Origin: Rhodospirillales bacterium
GTDB lineage: Bacteria; Pseudomonadota; Alphaproteobacteria; Rhodospirillales; Casp-alpha2
Length of the DNA: 64,000 nucleotides
Direction: 5' to 3'
Assembly (NCBI GenBank): GCA_013203955.1
Contig: JABMOY010000140.1
Coordinates: 1,362-65,361 of the forward strand
The translations under genes and the position numbers were made by a program. How positions within the stretch are numbered: the first letter of the stretch is position 1; every line of letters begins with the position of its first letter. The notes under the pieces are model-generated. The model was given only the letters and a program-made list of their open reading frames with translations. It did not search any database and was not told the origin of the DNA. Below are positions 1 through 9,996 of this stretch, piece after piece.

Positions 1-326
1 GTGACGTGCGGGCCGCCGGCGACCACGGAAATATCGGATGAGATGTCTTTAACCAGAAGGCTCAGGTCCCGCATCTGGTTGATCAGCGGCGTCGTTCCAG
101 TAATGCCAACGATGTCGGCCTTGTGCTCCAGAATTTTAGAGCGAACCAACTCGTAGTCATAGGGACGCCACGACAGATCGAGGATATTGATCTTGTGGCC
201 CCGCTGGCGGGCCATGGCGGAAATGGTCGCCAAGCCCAATGTCGGGAAAACCGGGTTGGTGATGCCGCCCTTGGTTCCCCCGTATGTGGGGTCGTAGGAC
301 GGGTTAATTAAAAGTACCGAGGCCAT
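1..326 (-). CDS. Class-B (B12-binding domain) radical SAM protein, N-terminal fragment; the gene runs off the left edge
   Basis: Not in the ORF track because it is open at the window edge. Reverse-strand ATG at 326-324 is preceded by GGAG. The translation MASVLLINPSYDPTYGG...FPTLGLATISAMARQRGHKINILDLS...ADIVGITGTTP...VVAGGPHV has the Rossmann-like cobalamin-binding N-domain layout. It sits in tandem with the next class-B radical SAM gene. Confidence 0.6.
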   Translation of the reverse strand, partial: MASVLLINPSYDPTYGGTKGGITNPVFPTLGLATISAMARQRGHKINILDLSWRPYDYELVRSKILEHKADIVGITGTTPLINQMRDLSLLVKDISSDISVVAGGPHV

Positions 327-410
327 AATATCTCCGCTGCCAGCGTTCCGGACGGTTTCCTGATTTATCTATATATAAAGCCAGAAACAGCCGATTCCAC
401 CCTTTATTTA

Positions 411-1787
411 TCAAGCTATGCGGGCATTCCGGGCGAGCCTTGTCCGCAGGTATTTAAATATCCAAGACGGCCTGAGGTAATAATCCCGATAGGCGTCGCT
501 CAACATTTTCCGGACTTGTCCCGGCGTCAACTCGCCGTGTTTAAAAACGAGATCGTATTGGGTGAAGCTTTCGTAATTGTCGACCAGGATTTTATCCTCG
601 AATTCCGAATATGCCGGTGTCCCCGGATAGGGCGTAAAGACGCTGATCTGGGCGAAGACGCTGTTTAGGTGCTGGGCATAACGGATCGTCGTCTTCCAGG
701 TTTCGGTCTTTTCTCCGGGCATGCCCAAAATGTAATGACACGTCAACTTGACGCCCAATTTCTCCAACTCGGCGATGCGCCGGGTTTGATCATCGCTTTT
801 CATGGCCATCCGTTTGGCCGCATTAAGCACCTCTGTATCGACGGTCTCAATCCCGACCTTGACCATGTCCATGCCGGCGGCACTCAGGCGCTTAGCCAAA
901 TCGGGCTCTAAGTTTCTAAGGTGGGTTTCGATAGTAAAGCGGAACGTGCGGCCACTGGCTTCTATAGCGTCACACAGGTCGTAAGTGTGCTTTTCATTGA
1001 TGCCGAACACCGGGTCGCGGAAGATGAAATAGGTTACGCCGAGCGTGTCCTGCCAATGCGCCATTTCATCGACGATTAATTGCGGCGATCGGGTGCGAAC
1101 CTTGCGCCCCTGCTGCAGGGGATAGGCGCAATAGTGCATGCACGAATAGGGGCAGCCGCGGCTGGCGGCGATCGGCAGCACCGGCTCTTTGCGGCCCAGC
1201 AGTCCGAAACGCGGCGGATGAACCGCATAAATCAGGTCCCACGCCGGCAGCGGCAGGTCGTCCAACGGCACCGCCGGGGCCGGTGCAATCAGCCCCTTCA
1301 GGCCTTTCAGGGATTCTGGGCTTAAGGGGTTGGCCATGAAATACATTTCCGGCTCGCCCGAAATCACGAAGGCGCCGCTTTCAAGATAGGGTGCCGATAC
1401 GGTGCCGCCGAAAGACCCGATGACGCCGACGGGGACGCCCCTGGCGACGACCTCCTTGGCGGCGGCCAATTCGGTTTCGTGGCAGACGATGGATGACGTC
1501 ATTAGGCAGAGGTCGTAATCACCCCCATTTCCGGCCTTTTCCGGCCATTCCCTGGCATATTCGACCTCATGACCCTGGGCCCGCAGCACGCCCGCGGCAT
1601 GGACGCAATAAAGCGGCGGCCAGTCGACTTCTTGAGAAACCAACCAGGTGATGGCGCGGCCTGTCCAACCGTCGCCAAAACGGTTGGCGGTGCCGAATCC
1701 GCCGATGGTGTCCTTTGATATCCGATAGGGGCGTTTCGGATAGGAGTCGAGAATTAGAACCTTCATTCCCGATATATGACTGTTCAT
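411..1787 (-). CDS. Class-B (B12-binding domain) radical SAM protein
   Basis: 458-aa ORF. N-terminal Rossmann-like region (MKVLILDSYP..., VGVIGSFGG), then a radical SAM core with the Cys cluster AASRGCPYSCMHYCAYP and downstream GIETV and ILGMPGE motifs. The start may be M1 (1787) or M8 (1766). Confidence 0.8.
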   Translation of the reverse strand: MNSHISGMKVLILDSYPKRPYRISKDTIGGFGTANRFGDGWTGRAITWLVSQEVDWPPLYCVHAAGVLRAQGHEVEYAREWPEKAGNGGDYDLCLMTSSIVCHETELAAAKEVVARGVPVGVIGSFGGTVSAPYLESGAFVISGEPEMYFMANPLSPESLKGLKGLIAPAPAVPLDDLPLPAWDLIYAVHPPRFGLLGRKEPVLPIAASRGCPYSCMHYCAYPLQQGRKVRTRSPQLIVDEMAHWQDTLGVTYFIFRDPVFGINEKHTYDLCDAIEASGRTFRFTIETHLRNLEPDLAKRLSAAGMDMVKVGIETVDTEVLNAAKRMAMKSDDQTRRIAELEKLGVKLTCHYILGMPGEKTETWKTTIRYAQHLNSVFAQISVFTPYPGTPAYSEFEDKILVDNYESFTQYDLVFKHGELTPGQVRKMLSDAYRDYYLRPSWIFKYLRTRLARNARIA

Positions 1788-1845
1788 TCAGGGTTTTAAA
1801 ACCGAAATTTTTTGTAAAAGCCTGAAGCCACCCAGTGGATTGAAT

Positions 1846-2223
1846 CTAGAATTCGACCAAAGCCGATTGCATGGCCAGAACGACGACGGCCAGCATGTAA
1901 AAAAGCGTCGCTAGGCCGATGAAGAAAAAAATATTGGCGAGCGTGCGCAATGGGTACTTATGGCGATCCTCGGCAAGGCGCTCATTGCCCCGCTTTTCAG
2001 AGCCGCCGACAACGGTGACATAGAATTTTTTACCAAAAAAAGGCAGCGAAAACCGAATATCGACGGGGGACTTGCTCCATGCCGGATCTTCGGACGCCTG
2101 ATGGATGGCCTCTTTCTGTTCGTTCGATAGGGTATCGACAACCCATTCGGGCAGGCGGTCGAAAAGCTGACCGGTTTGCGTCTCGCCCGCACCCGGGTCG
2201 AGGGTCCCGTTCCTGGCTGCCAT
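1846..2223 (-). CDS. Hypothetical small membrane protein
   Basis: 125-aa ORF with a strong SD (AGGGAGG, 5 nt before the ATG at 2223). Soluble N-half and one C-terminal hydrophobic helix (NIFFFIGLATLFYMLAVVVLAM). No family recognised. Confidence 0.6.
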   Translation of the reverse strand: MAARNGTLDPGAGETQTGQLFDRLPEWVVDTLSNEQKEAIHQASEDPAWSKSPVDIRFSLPFFGKKFYVTVVGGSEKRGNERLAEDRHKYPLRTLANIFFFIGLATLFYMLAVVVLAMQSALVEF

Positions 2224-2399
2224 TAAGACCTCCCTTTGGTTGCGGGTAGCTTAGCCGTTCGCACCTGTTTTGCCCATGGGTTTGGCCCCCAAGGATTTTC
2301 AAACCTTAACGAAACCATTGATAAAAAAGAACATTAGACTAGCCTTTTCGACATATATAGGGATATATGCTACCCGGGGGGTCCGATTAGGAGGAATAC
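2224..2399. promoter_or_regulatory. Divergent intergenic region (promoters not mapped) with the gdh Shine-Dalgarno
   Basis: 176 nt between divergently oriented genes, visibly more AT-rich than the flanks. AGGAGG at 2389-2394 lies 5 nt before the gdh ATG at 2400. I could not assign -35/-10 boxes. Confidence 0.4.
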
Positions 2400-5300
2400 A
2401 TGCCGAGCGATTCCGAAAAGCAAAAAACAGCCCTTATAAAAAAAGCGGCGGCGATTGGTAGCAAACGCCTGGGCAAAAATGCCCAAAAACGGTTTGCCCA
2501 CTTCCTTAAGGCTTATTACGCCAACGTTCCGCCCCGGGATATCCTCGATACCGGGCCCGAAGGATTGTTCGGGCTGGCGCACGGACATTGGAAATTGGCC
2601 CAAACCCGCAAGCCGGGCCGTCCCCTTGTCCGGGTCTTTTCCCCCGATCTCAAAAAAGACGGCTGGCAAAGCAACCATACGATCATCGAAATTATCACCG
2701 ACGATATGCCGTTTCTGGTCGATTCGGTGACGGCAGAACTCAACCGCCAGGAACTGGTCGTACACCTCGTCATTCACCCGGTCCTTAAGGCTAGGCGCGA
2801 TAGGGCCGGGAAGCTTCAGGACTTAAGCGGCTCGGGCCCGGGGACGATAGCGGGTGGGGAAAGGCCTGAATCGTTCATGCACCTGCAGGTTAACCATCTA
2901 TCGGGCGGCAAGCTGAAAGAAGTCGAAGCGGGCGTAAAAGGTGTTCTTTCCGATGTCCGCGCCGCGGTCAAGGATTGGCGTCAAATGCGGAGCAAGATGA
3001 CCGACCTGATCGAGGAGCTTGAGACGGCGCCCAAAGGTATCCATCCGGAGGAAGTTTCCGAAATACGTGAATTTCTGCGGTGGATTTATGGCAATCAATT
3101 CACGTTTTTGGGTTTTCGCGAATACCTTTACAAGGGGCGCGGCGCTAAGGCACGGATGAGCGTCGATAAAAAATCCGGCTTAGGGCTGCTGCGCGATCCC
3201 AAGGTTATCGCTTTCAGGGAAATCAGGGAGGCCCCCTCGGTTTCCCGCGAGGTTAGGGATTTTGTGTCATCGCCGGAACTGTTGATGGTGACCAAGACCA
3301 ATCGCCAGTCCACCGTTCACCGGCCCGTTCACATGGATGCCATCGGCATCAAGCGCCTCGATAAAAAAGGCCGCGTCATCGGCCAGCGGCTTTTTGTCGG
3401 CCTGTTTACATCCGCCGCTTACAGTCTCAGCCCCCGGGCAATTCCGTTGCTGCGCCGACGCCTTGAGATGACGGTCGAACGCGCCGGGTTCCCGCCTTCG
3501 AGCCACGACGCCAAGGCGCTGATGCATATTCTGGAAACATTTCCCCGGGACGAATTGTTCCAGATGTCCGATGACTATCTGTTTGAAACAAGCCTCGGCA
3601 TCCTGCACCTTCAAGACCGCCAGCGCGTGGCCCTATTTACCCGCAAGGACGATTTCGAGCGGTTTATTTCGTGTCTGATTTTCGTGCCCCGGGACCGATA
3701 CACGACGGTGCTTCGGCGTACCTTCCAGGATATTCTTTCAGGTGCCTTTGCCGGTGAGGTCACGGCCCATTACGCACAACTGGGCGATTCGCCACTGGCC
3801 AGACTGCACTTGATTGTCCGCACCACGCCTGGAAAAATTCCCGCCTTCAATACCGCCGAGTTGGAAGAGCGCCTAGCCGAAGCCGCCCGGTCGTGGGCCG
3901 ACAGCCTATACGGCGCCCTGGTCGATAAGCACGGCGAGGAACAGGGCCTACACCTGTTAAACCGTTACGCCGACGCCTTCGGGCCGGGCTACCGGGAAGA
4001 CTACGACGTCAACCAAACCCTGAAGGACATCGACAAAATCGAAAGCCTGCTGGTGGCGGGCGGCATCGGCATGAACCTTTACCACCCTTCGGGCGCGCCC
4101 AAGAACCAAGTTCGTTTCAAGGTCTTTCACCCGGATACGCCCGTGCCGCTGTCCGATGCCCTGCCTCTGTTCGAACACATGGGTTTCAGGGTGGTGGATG
4201 AAATACCCCATGATATCGACCTTCGGCTGGACCAGAACCGGGTGGTGATGATCCATGACTTCGGGCTTGAGTCCAAGGACGGCTCCGGCGTCGATATCGA
4301 AGGCATTCGCGCCAATTTCCAAGAAACCTTTAAGCGCGTCTGGCATGGCGATATCGAAAGCGACGGATTCAACGCGCTGGTATCGGGGGTTGGGCTGACG
4401 TGGCGCGAATTGGTAATTTTGCGGGCCTACGCCAAGTATTTGCGCCAAGTCGGCATTACTTTTTCTCAAACGTATATGGAGCAAACGCTTGCCAACAACG
4501 GCAAAATTACGCGCCAGATCGTCGATTTATTCCTGACCCTGTTCGATCCCAAAACCAAAGGCGCCGAGGCCAAGGCTAAGCGCATCAAGAAGCGCATTCT
4601 CGATGCGTTGGAAGCCGTCGTCAGCGCGGACGAAGACCGCATCCTCAGGCGCTTTCTGAATGCCGTCGACTCGACCCTTCGCACCAATTTCTTTCAGGTC
4701 GCCGAAGACGGGGAGCCGAAGCCGTATTTGTCCTTCAAGCTAAATTCCAAGGCCCTTGACGATCTACCCCTGCCGCGCCCGCTTCGCGAAATTTTTGTCT
4801 ATAGCCCCGATGTCGAAGGCATACACCTGCGCTTCGGCATGGTCGCTCGCGGCGGGCTTCGCTGGTCCGATCGTCGCGAAGACTTCCGCACCGAAGTCCT
4901 AGGCTTGGTCAAGGCACAGCAGGTCAAGAACGCCGTCATCGTGCCGGTCGGCTCGAAAGGCGGTTTCGTCGTCAAGCGTCCACCTCAGGGCGGTGACCGG
5001 GACGCCTTCCTGGCCGAAGGCATCCGATGCTACAAAATACTTATCTGCGGCCTGTTGGATTTGACCGACAACTACGTCGGGTCTCGGGTAGCGGTGCCCA
5101 AAAACGTCGTCCGGCTGGATGGGGACGACCCCTATTTGGTGGTCGCCGCCGACAAGGGGACGGCGACGTTTTCCGACATCGCCAACGGCGTTTCTGAAGC
5201 CTACGGCCATTGGCTGGGCGATGCCTTCGCATCCGGCGGCAGCCAGGGCTATGATCACAAGGGCATGGGCATCACGGCGCGCGGCGGCTGGGAATCTGTA

Positions 5301-7253
5301 AAGCGCCATTTCCGTGAAATTGGTGCCGATATCCAAAAACAAGACTTCACCGTCCTCGGCGTCGGCGATATGTCGGGGGATGTTTTCGGCAACGGCATGT
5401 TGTTGTCAAAGCACATCAAGCTGGTGGGCGCGTTCAACCATATGCATATCTTCGTCGACCCCGACCCCGATCCCGAAAAAAGCTTCGCCGAGCGCAAGCG
5501 GCTGTTCAAATTGCCGCGCTCGGCCTGGACCGATTACGACAAAAAACTGATCTCGAAAGGCGGCGCCATCTTTGAGCGCAGCGCCAAGACCCTCAGCCTG
5601 TCGCCGGAAATCCGAAACCTGTTCGACATCCCCAAAGACAAGGTGACGCCCAACGAATTGCTGGGCGCCATGCTGATGGCTGAAGTTGACCTTCTTTGGT
5701 TCGGCGGCATCGGCACTTATATCAAGTCCAGGGCCGAGTCCGACCAAGACGTCGGCGACCGCGCCAACGACGCCATTCGCATCAACGGCGCCGACATTCG
5801 CGCACAGGTCGTCGGTGAAGGGGCGAACCTGGGCACCACGCAGTTGGGCCGGGTCGAATATGCGCTCAAGGGCGGCCGGCTGAATACGGATTCCATCGAT
5901 AACTCCGCCGGCGTCGACTGTTCGGATCACGAGGTCAATATCAAGATCCTGATCGATTCGGTCGTTGCCCGCGGGCAACTTTCTGCGCCTCAGCGCAACA
6001 AGTTGTTGGCTTCCATGACCAAAGAGGTCGGCGAGCTGGTTCTTCGCCACAACTACCTGCAAAGCCAAGCCATTAGCATGATCCAGACCAAGGGCATCGA
6101 TACGCTGGACAGCCAAATTAGGCTCATGCGGATGCTGGAACGCGCCGACCGGTTGGACCGGGCGGTGGAATTTTTGCCCGACGACGAGACCTTGGGCGAA
6201 CGCGCCCTAGGCAAACAGGGCCTGACCCGGCCGGAAATCGCCATCGTCATGTCTTATGCGAAAATCTGGCTTTATGACGAGTTGCTGGCGTCCGACCTAC
6301 CGGACGACCCGAAACTGAAAGAAGACCTGATAGATTATTTCCCGACGCCGCTGAGATCTAAGTACATAAAGGAAATCGGCGAGCATCGCCTCAGCCGCGA
6401 AATCATCGCGACGCGGGTCACCAATTCGATCATCAACCGGGTCGGCGGCACCTTCATTCCCGACTTCATGGAAAAGACCGGCAAGTCGGCGCCCGAAATC
6501 GCCCGCGCCTATATCATCGCGCGCGAAGTCTTTGGCCTTAGGGATATTTGGGAGGCCATCGAAAAGTTGGACAACCGGGTGGCGGCGGCAACGCAGACGG
6601 CGATGAATCTCGATACCAACCACCTGATTGAATGGGTGACGCTTTGGTTCCTGCGCAACGGCAAGCCGGGCCTCGATCTCGGTCAGCACGTGAAGGAATT
6701 CCAAAAAGGCATTACCGCGCTTGCCGACGGCCTGTCACAAACGCTGCCCCACCATTACAGGGGCGATATGAAAAAACGCTCCCAGCCTTATATCGAACAG
6801 GGGACCCCGGAAGCCCTGGCGCACCGCGTCGGCAATATGGTCAACCTCTATTCCGGGTGCGACATCGTCCGTCTCGCCAATCGCCGCAAGGCGCCTGTCG
6901 GCGAGATCGCCCGGACTTATTTCGCCATCGGCACGCATTTTCATCTGGGCCGGCTTCGCGCCGCCGCCGAACACTTAAGCTCAGACAGCCATTGGCAGAA
7001 ACTGGCCGTGGCGGCTTTGATCGAGGAAATTTACGGCCACCAATTGGCGTTGGCACGCCAGGTCATCGATGACGCCGGCACCGGTAAGGACACGGACAAG
7101 GCGATCCGGGGCTGGGCGGAAAAACACGCCGCCGCCGTCAAGCCGACGGAACAGCTTCTGGCCGAACTGTGGGCGACGGAAATAAACGACCTTTCCATGA
7201 TCGCCGTCGCCAGCCGCTCGCTCCGGGCGATGACCGATACCGGCACTGAGTAA
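2400..7253 (+). CDS. gdhB: NAD-specific glutamate dehydrogenase, large (about 180 kDa) type
   Basis: 1617-aa ORF. Size and motifs fit the bacterial large NAD-GDH family: GMVARGGLRWSDRREDFRTEVLGLVKAQQVKNAVIVPVGSKGGF, AADKGTATFSD, GGSQGYDHKGMGITARG, GDMSGDVFGNGML. Confidence 0.95.
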   Translation: MPSDSEKQKTALIKKAAAIGSKRLGKNAQKRFAHFLKAYYANVPPRDILDTGPEGLFGLAHGHWKLAQTRKPGRPLVRVFSPDLKKDGWQSNHTIIEIITDDMPFLVDSVTAELNRQELVVHLVIHPVLKARRDRAGKLQDLSGSGPGTIAGGERPESFMHLQVNHLSGGKLKEVEAGVKGVLSDVRAAVKDWRQMRSKMTDLIEELETAPKGIHPEEVSEIREFLRWIYGNQFTFLGFREYLYKGRGAKARMSVDKKSGLGLLRDPKVIAFREIREAPSVSREVRDFVSSPELLMVTKTNRQSTVHRPVHMDAIGIKRLDKKGRVIGQRLFVGLFTSAAYSLSPRAIPLLRRRLEMTVERAGFPPSSHDAKALMHILETFPRDELFQMSDDYLFETSLGILHLQDRQRVALFTRKDDFERFISCLIFVPRDRYTTVLRRTFQDILSGAFAGEVTAHYAQLGDSPLARLHLIVRTTPGKIPAFNTAELEERLAEAARSWADSLYGALVDKHGEEQGLHLLNRYADAFGPGYREDYDVNQTLKDIDKIESLLVAGGIGMNLYHPSGAPKNQVRFKVFHPDTPVPLSDALPLFEHMGFRVVDEIPHDIDLRLDQNRVVMIHDFGLESKDGSGVDIEGIRANFQETFKRVWHGDIESDGFNALVSGVGLTWRELVILRAYAKYLRQVGITFSQTYMEQTLANNGKITRQIVDLFLTLFDPKTKGAEAKAKRIKKRILDALEAVVSADEDRILRRFLNAVDSTLRTNFFQVAEDGEPKPYLSFKLNSKALDDLPLPRPLREIFVYSPDVEGIHLRFGMVARGGLRWSDRREDFRTEVLGLVKAQQVKNAVIVPVGSKGGFVVKRPPQGGDRDAFLAEGIRCYKILICGLLDLTDNYVGSRVAVPKNVVRLDGDDPYLVVAADKGTATFSDIANGVSEAYGHWLGDAFASGGSQGYDHKGMGITARGGWESVKRHFREIGADIQKQDFTVLGVGDMSGDVFGNGMLLSKHIKLVGAFNHMHIFVDPDPDPEKSFAERKRLFKLPRSAWTDYDKKLISKGGAIFERSAKTLSLSPEIRNLFDIPKDKVTPNELLGAMLMAEVDLLWFGGIGTYIKSRAESDQDVGDRANDAIRINGADIRAQVVGEGANLGTTQLGRVEYALKGGRLNTDSIDNSAGVDCSDHEVNIKILIDSVVARGQLSAPQRNKLLASMTKEVGELVLRHNYLQSQAISMIQTKGIDTLDSQIRLMRMLERADRLDRAVEFLPDDETLGERALGKQGLTRPEIAIVMSYAKIWLYDELLASDLPDDPKLKEDLIDYFPTPLRSKYIKEIGEHRLSREIIATRVTNSIINRVGGTFIPDFMEKTGKSAPEIARAYIIAREVFGLRDIWEAIEKLDNRVAAATQTAMNLDTNHLIEWVTLWFLRNGKPGLDLGQHVKEFQKGITALADGLSQTLPHHYRGDMKKRSQPYIEQGTPEALAHRVGNMVNLYSGCDIVRLANRRKAPVGEIARTYFAIGTHFHLGRLRAAAEHLSSDSHWQKLAVAALIEEIYGHQLALARQVIDDAGTGKDTDKAIRGWAEKHAAAVKPTEQLLAELWATEINDLSMIAVASRSLRAMTDTGTE

Positions 7254-8512
7254 TGCCCCGAAAAGCACAGGGCGGGCTTTTTGCCTGGTGCCTTTACGAT
7301 TGGGCCAATTCGGCCTTTCCCACGGTCATCACCACGTTCGTCTTCGCCGCCTATTTCACCAAGGCCGTCGCCGTCGATGAAATAGGCGGCACCGCGGATT
7401 GGGGCTACGCCATCAGCCTGTCGGGCTTAGCCGTTGCGGTTTTGAGTCCTTTTCTAGGCGCTGTTGCCGATCACGGTGGCCGCCGCAAACCGTGGATCGC
7501 TGCTTTCACCGTGCTGTGCGTGGTGGCGACGGCGGCTTTGTGGCTAGCCGAACCCAACCCCGGCTTCGTGCTGTTGGCGTTAGTGCTGGTGGGGTCGGCC
7601 AACTTCGCCTTCGAAATGGCGATGGTTTTTTACAACGCCATGCTGCCGGACCTGGTGGCGAAAGATCACATCGGCAGGCTTTCCGGGTGGGGATGGGGGC
7701 TCGGCTACGCCGGGGGCCTTGCGTGTTTGGCGCTGGCGTTGCTTGCGTTGGTCGAGGCGGAGACCCCGGTTTTTGGGCTCAACAAAGACGCCGCCGAACA
7801 CCTGCGCGCCACCGGCCCACTGGCGGCCCTGTGGATGGCGGTTTTCGCCGTGCCGCTGTTTTTGTGGACGCCGGACAGGCCGTCCAAGGGGCTGGCCTTC
7901 GCCGTCGCCCTAAAAAAGGGCGGGGCGACGCTGGTTGATACGCTGAAGCGCGTCGGCGACTACAAAGACATCGCCCGCTACCTGATCGCCCACATGATTT
8001 ATGCCGACGGACTGGTCACGCTTTTCGCTTTTGGCGGCATTTACGCCGCCGGCACCTTCGGCATGGATTTTTCGGAACTGATCGTGTTCGGCATCGCCAT
8101 CAACGTCACCGCCGGCCTGGGCGCCGCTGCCTTCGCCTGGATCGATGACTGGATCGGGCCGAAACGCACCATCCAGATATCCGTCATCGCCTTGACCGTG
8201 TTGGGCGCTGCCCTGGTGCTGGCCGAGGGCAAGATCATGTTTTGGGCGCTGGCGTTGCCGCTTGGGATATTCGTCGGCCCGGCGCAAGCGGCGAGCCGGT
8301 CCTTGCTGGCGCATTTAGCCCCCGCCGCCGTCAGGACCGAAATGTTCGGGCTTTTCGCGCTTTCCGGCAAGGCGACGGCGTTCGCCGGCCCGGCGCTGCT
8401 GGCTTGGGCGACGGTGGCCTTCGATAGCCAACGCGCCGGCATGGCGACGATTTTAGTTTTTTTCATAGGCGGCCTCGTGCTCTTGGCCGGTGTCCCGGAT
8501 AAGCGAAATTAA
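7253..8512 (+). CDS. MFS transporter, UMF1/Atg22-like subfamily
   Basis: 419-aa ORF that is hydrophobic throughout with multiple TM helices. The N-terminus WCLYDWANSAFPTVITTFVF is typical of the UMF1 family. Its ATG overlaps the gdh stop by 1 nt (TAATG at 7251-7255). Confidence 0.8.
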   Translation: MPRKAQGGLFAWCLYDWANSAFPTVITTFVFAAYFTKAVAVDEIGGTADWGYAISLSGLAVAVLSPFLGAVADHGGRRKPWIAAFTVLCVVATAALWLAEPNPGFVLLALVLVGSANFAFEMAMVFYNAMLPDLVAKDHIGRLSGWGWGLGYAGGLACLALALLALVEAETPVFGLNKDAAEHLRATGPLAALWMAVFAVPLFLWTPDRPSKGLAFAVALKKGGATLVDTLKRVGDYKDIARYLIAHMIYADGLVTLFAFGGIYAAGTFGMDFSELIVFGIAINVTAGLGAAAFAWIDDWIGPKRTIQISVIALTVLGAALVLAEGKIMFWALALPLGIFVGPAQAASRSLLAHLAPAAVRTEMFGLFALSGKATAFAGPALLAWATVAFDSQRAGMATILVFFIGGLVLLAGVPDKRN

Positions 8513-8560
8513 CACCCTGAAACATTGAACAAGCGGTCGTTTTACCGGACAATCCAGGCC

Positions 8561-9181
8561 ATGACCTTTCCCGACGAAAAATTCGCTGCCATCGGCAATT
8601 ACGCCGACGCTTATTTCGAAAAGCAGCAAGCCGCGTCCGCGTCCGTCGACCGGGACGCGCTCGAGGGTGCCTTAGAGCTGCTGGATGCCGCTTATGAGCG
8701 GGGCGCGGTTCTTTATGTCTGCGGCAACGGGGGGTCTGCGTCGATTTCCAACCACTTGGCTTGCGATCATTCCAAGGGCGGACAGACGGACACCGACCTC
8801 AGGCCCAAGGTGGTGTCGCTGGCCAGCAACATGGAAATGATCACCGCCATCGCCAACGACATCTCCTACGACGATATTTTTGTCTATCAGCTCAAGACCC
8901 TGGCCGAAAAGGGCGACGTGCTGCTGACTGTCTCGTCGTCGGGGGATTCGGAAAATGTTGTCCGCGCCGCCGATTGGGCCAAGGGCCAAGGGCTCGACGT
9001 CATCGCGTTTACCGGGTTCGACGGCGGGCGCTCAGGCGCTCTGGCCACGGTCAACCTGCACGTCGAAGGCGACAACTACGGCGTTATCGAAGACATCCAC
9101 CAGAGCCTAATGCATATCTTAGCCCAATACATCCGGCTCAAGCGCATGGACGACGGCACCATCCGGGACCGCAAGTTCTAG
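8561..9181 (+). CDS. SIS-domain protein (phosphoheptose isomerase GmhA / DiaA-like)
   Basis: SIS motifs VCGNGGSASISNHLACD and LLTVSSSGDSENV. The track ORF opens at TTG 8525. ATG 8561 (MTFPDEK) is the more plausible start. Confidence 0.75.
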   Translation: MTFPDEKFAAIGNYADAYFEKQQAASASVDRDALEGALELLDAAYERGAVLYVCGNGGSASISNHLACDHSKGGQTDTDLRPKVVSLASNMEMITAIANDISYDDIFVYQLKTLAEKGDVLLTVSSSGDSENVVRAADWAKGQGLDVIAFTGFDGGRSGALATVNLHVEGDNYGVIEDIHQSLMHILAQYIRLKRMDDGTIRDRKF

Positions 9182-9192
9182 GGTCCTTTGGT

Positions 9193-9996
9193 ATGGCTGA
9201 CACAGACGTTTACCAACTCTACGCCGTCAAATACGCCACCCACGGCCGCACCCAGGCCGCCAACTTCGTCGACCCGCCCGATCCGCACGAAGCCATGCCC
9301 ATCGATTATTTCGTCTGGGCGGCGGTGTCGGATACGCGCACCGTCGTCATCGACATGGGCTTCACCGCTGACGTCGCCACCGAGCGGGGCCGCGAGTACA
9401 TCCGCTGCCCGACCGACGGGCTGAAATTAATCGGCGTCAATGCCGATACCGTCACCGACGTCATCGTCACCCATTTTCATTACGACCACATCGGCAATTT
9501 TGACAAGTTCCCGAAGGCCGATTTTCATTTACAGGACCGGGAAATGGCCTTCGCCACCGGTCGCCATATGCTCGATCCCGCCCACGGGTTTTCCATGAAC
9601 GCCGATGATGTCGTCGGCATGGTCCGCCATCTTTACGGCAAGCGTGTCGTTTTCCACGATGGCGACGATGATTTTGCGCCGGGGATTACGCTCCACCACA
9701 TCGGTGGCCACACGGACGGGCTGCAAGTGGTCCGCGTCAACACCAAGCGCGGGTTGGTGGTGGTGGCGTCCGATGCGTGTCACCTCTACGCCAACATGGA
9801 AACCGGCAATCCCTTCCCGATCATCTTCAAAAAAGAAGACGTGCTTGCCGGCTATGCGCGGCTGCATGAATTGGCCGACAGCCCCGATCACATTGTCCCC
9901 GGCCACGACCCTTTGGTCATGGCTCGCTATCCTTCGGTCTCGGACGACCTCGCCGGTATCGCCATCCGCCTGGATGAGCCGCCGCAAGCGGGCTGA
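9193..9996 (+). CDS. MBL-fold metallo-hydrolase (N-acyl-homoserine-lactonase-like family)
   Basis: HxHxDH motif (VIVTHFHYDHIGN) with later His/Asp ligands (HIGGHTDG, ASDACH, VPGHDP). The track ORF 8761-9996 has an Arg-rich N-terminal extension that overlaps the SIS gene out of frame. The in-frame ATG at 9193 (MADTDVYQLY) follows the SIS stop by 11 nt. Confidence 0.8.
   Translation: MADTDVYQLYAVKYATHGRTQAANFVDPPDPHEAMPIDYFVWAAVSDTRTVVIDMGFTADVATERGREYIRCPTDGLKLIGVNADTVTDVIVTHFHYDHIGNFDKFPKADFHLQDREMAFATGRHMLDPAHGFSMNADDVVGMVRHLYGKRVVFHDGDDDFAPGITLHHIGGHTDGLQVVRVNTKRGLVVVASDACHLYANMETGNPFPIIFKKEDVLAGYARLHELADSPDHIVPGHDPLVMARYPSVSDDLAGIAIRLDEPPQAG

Noticed and set aside
8761-9192. N-terminal 144-aa extension of the track ORF 8761-9996.
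   Set aside because: The extension is Arg/Gly/Pro-rich and low in complexity. It overlaps the well-supported SIS gene in another frame. An in-frame ATG at 9193 gives a normal MBL-fold N-terminus right after the SIS stop.
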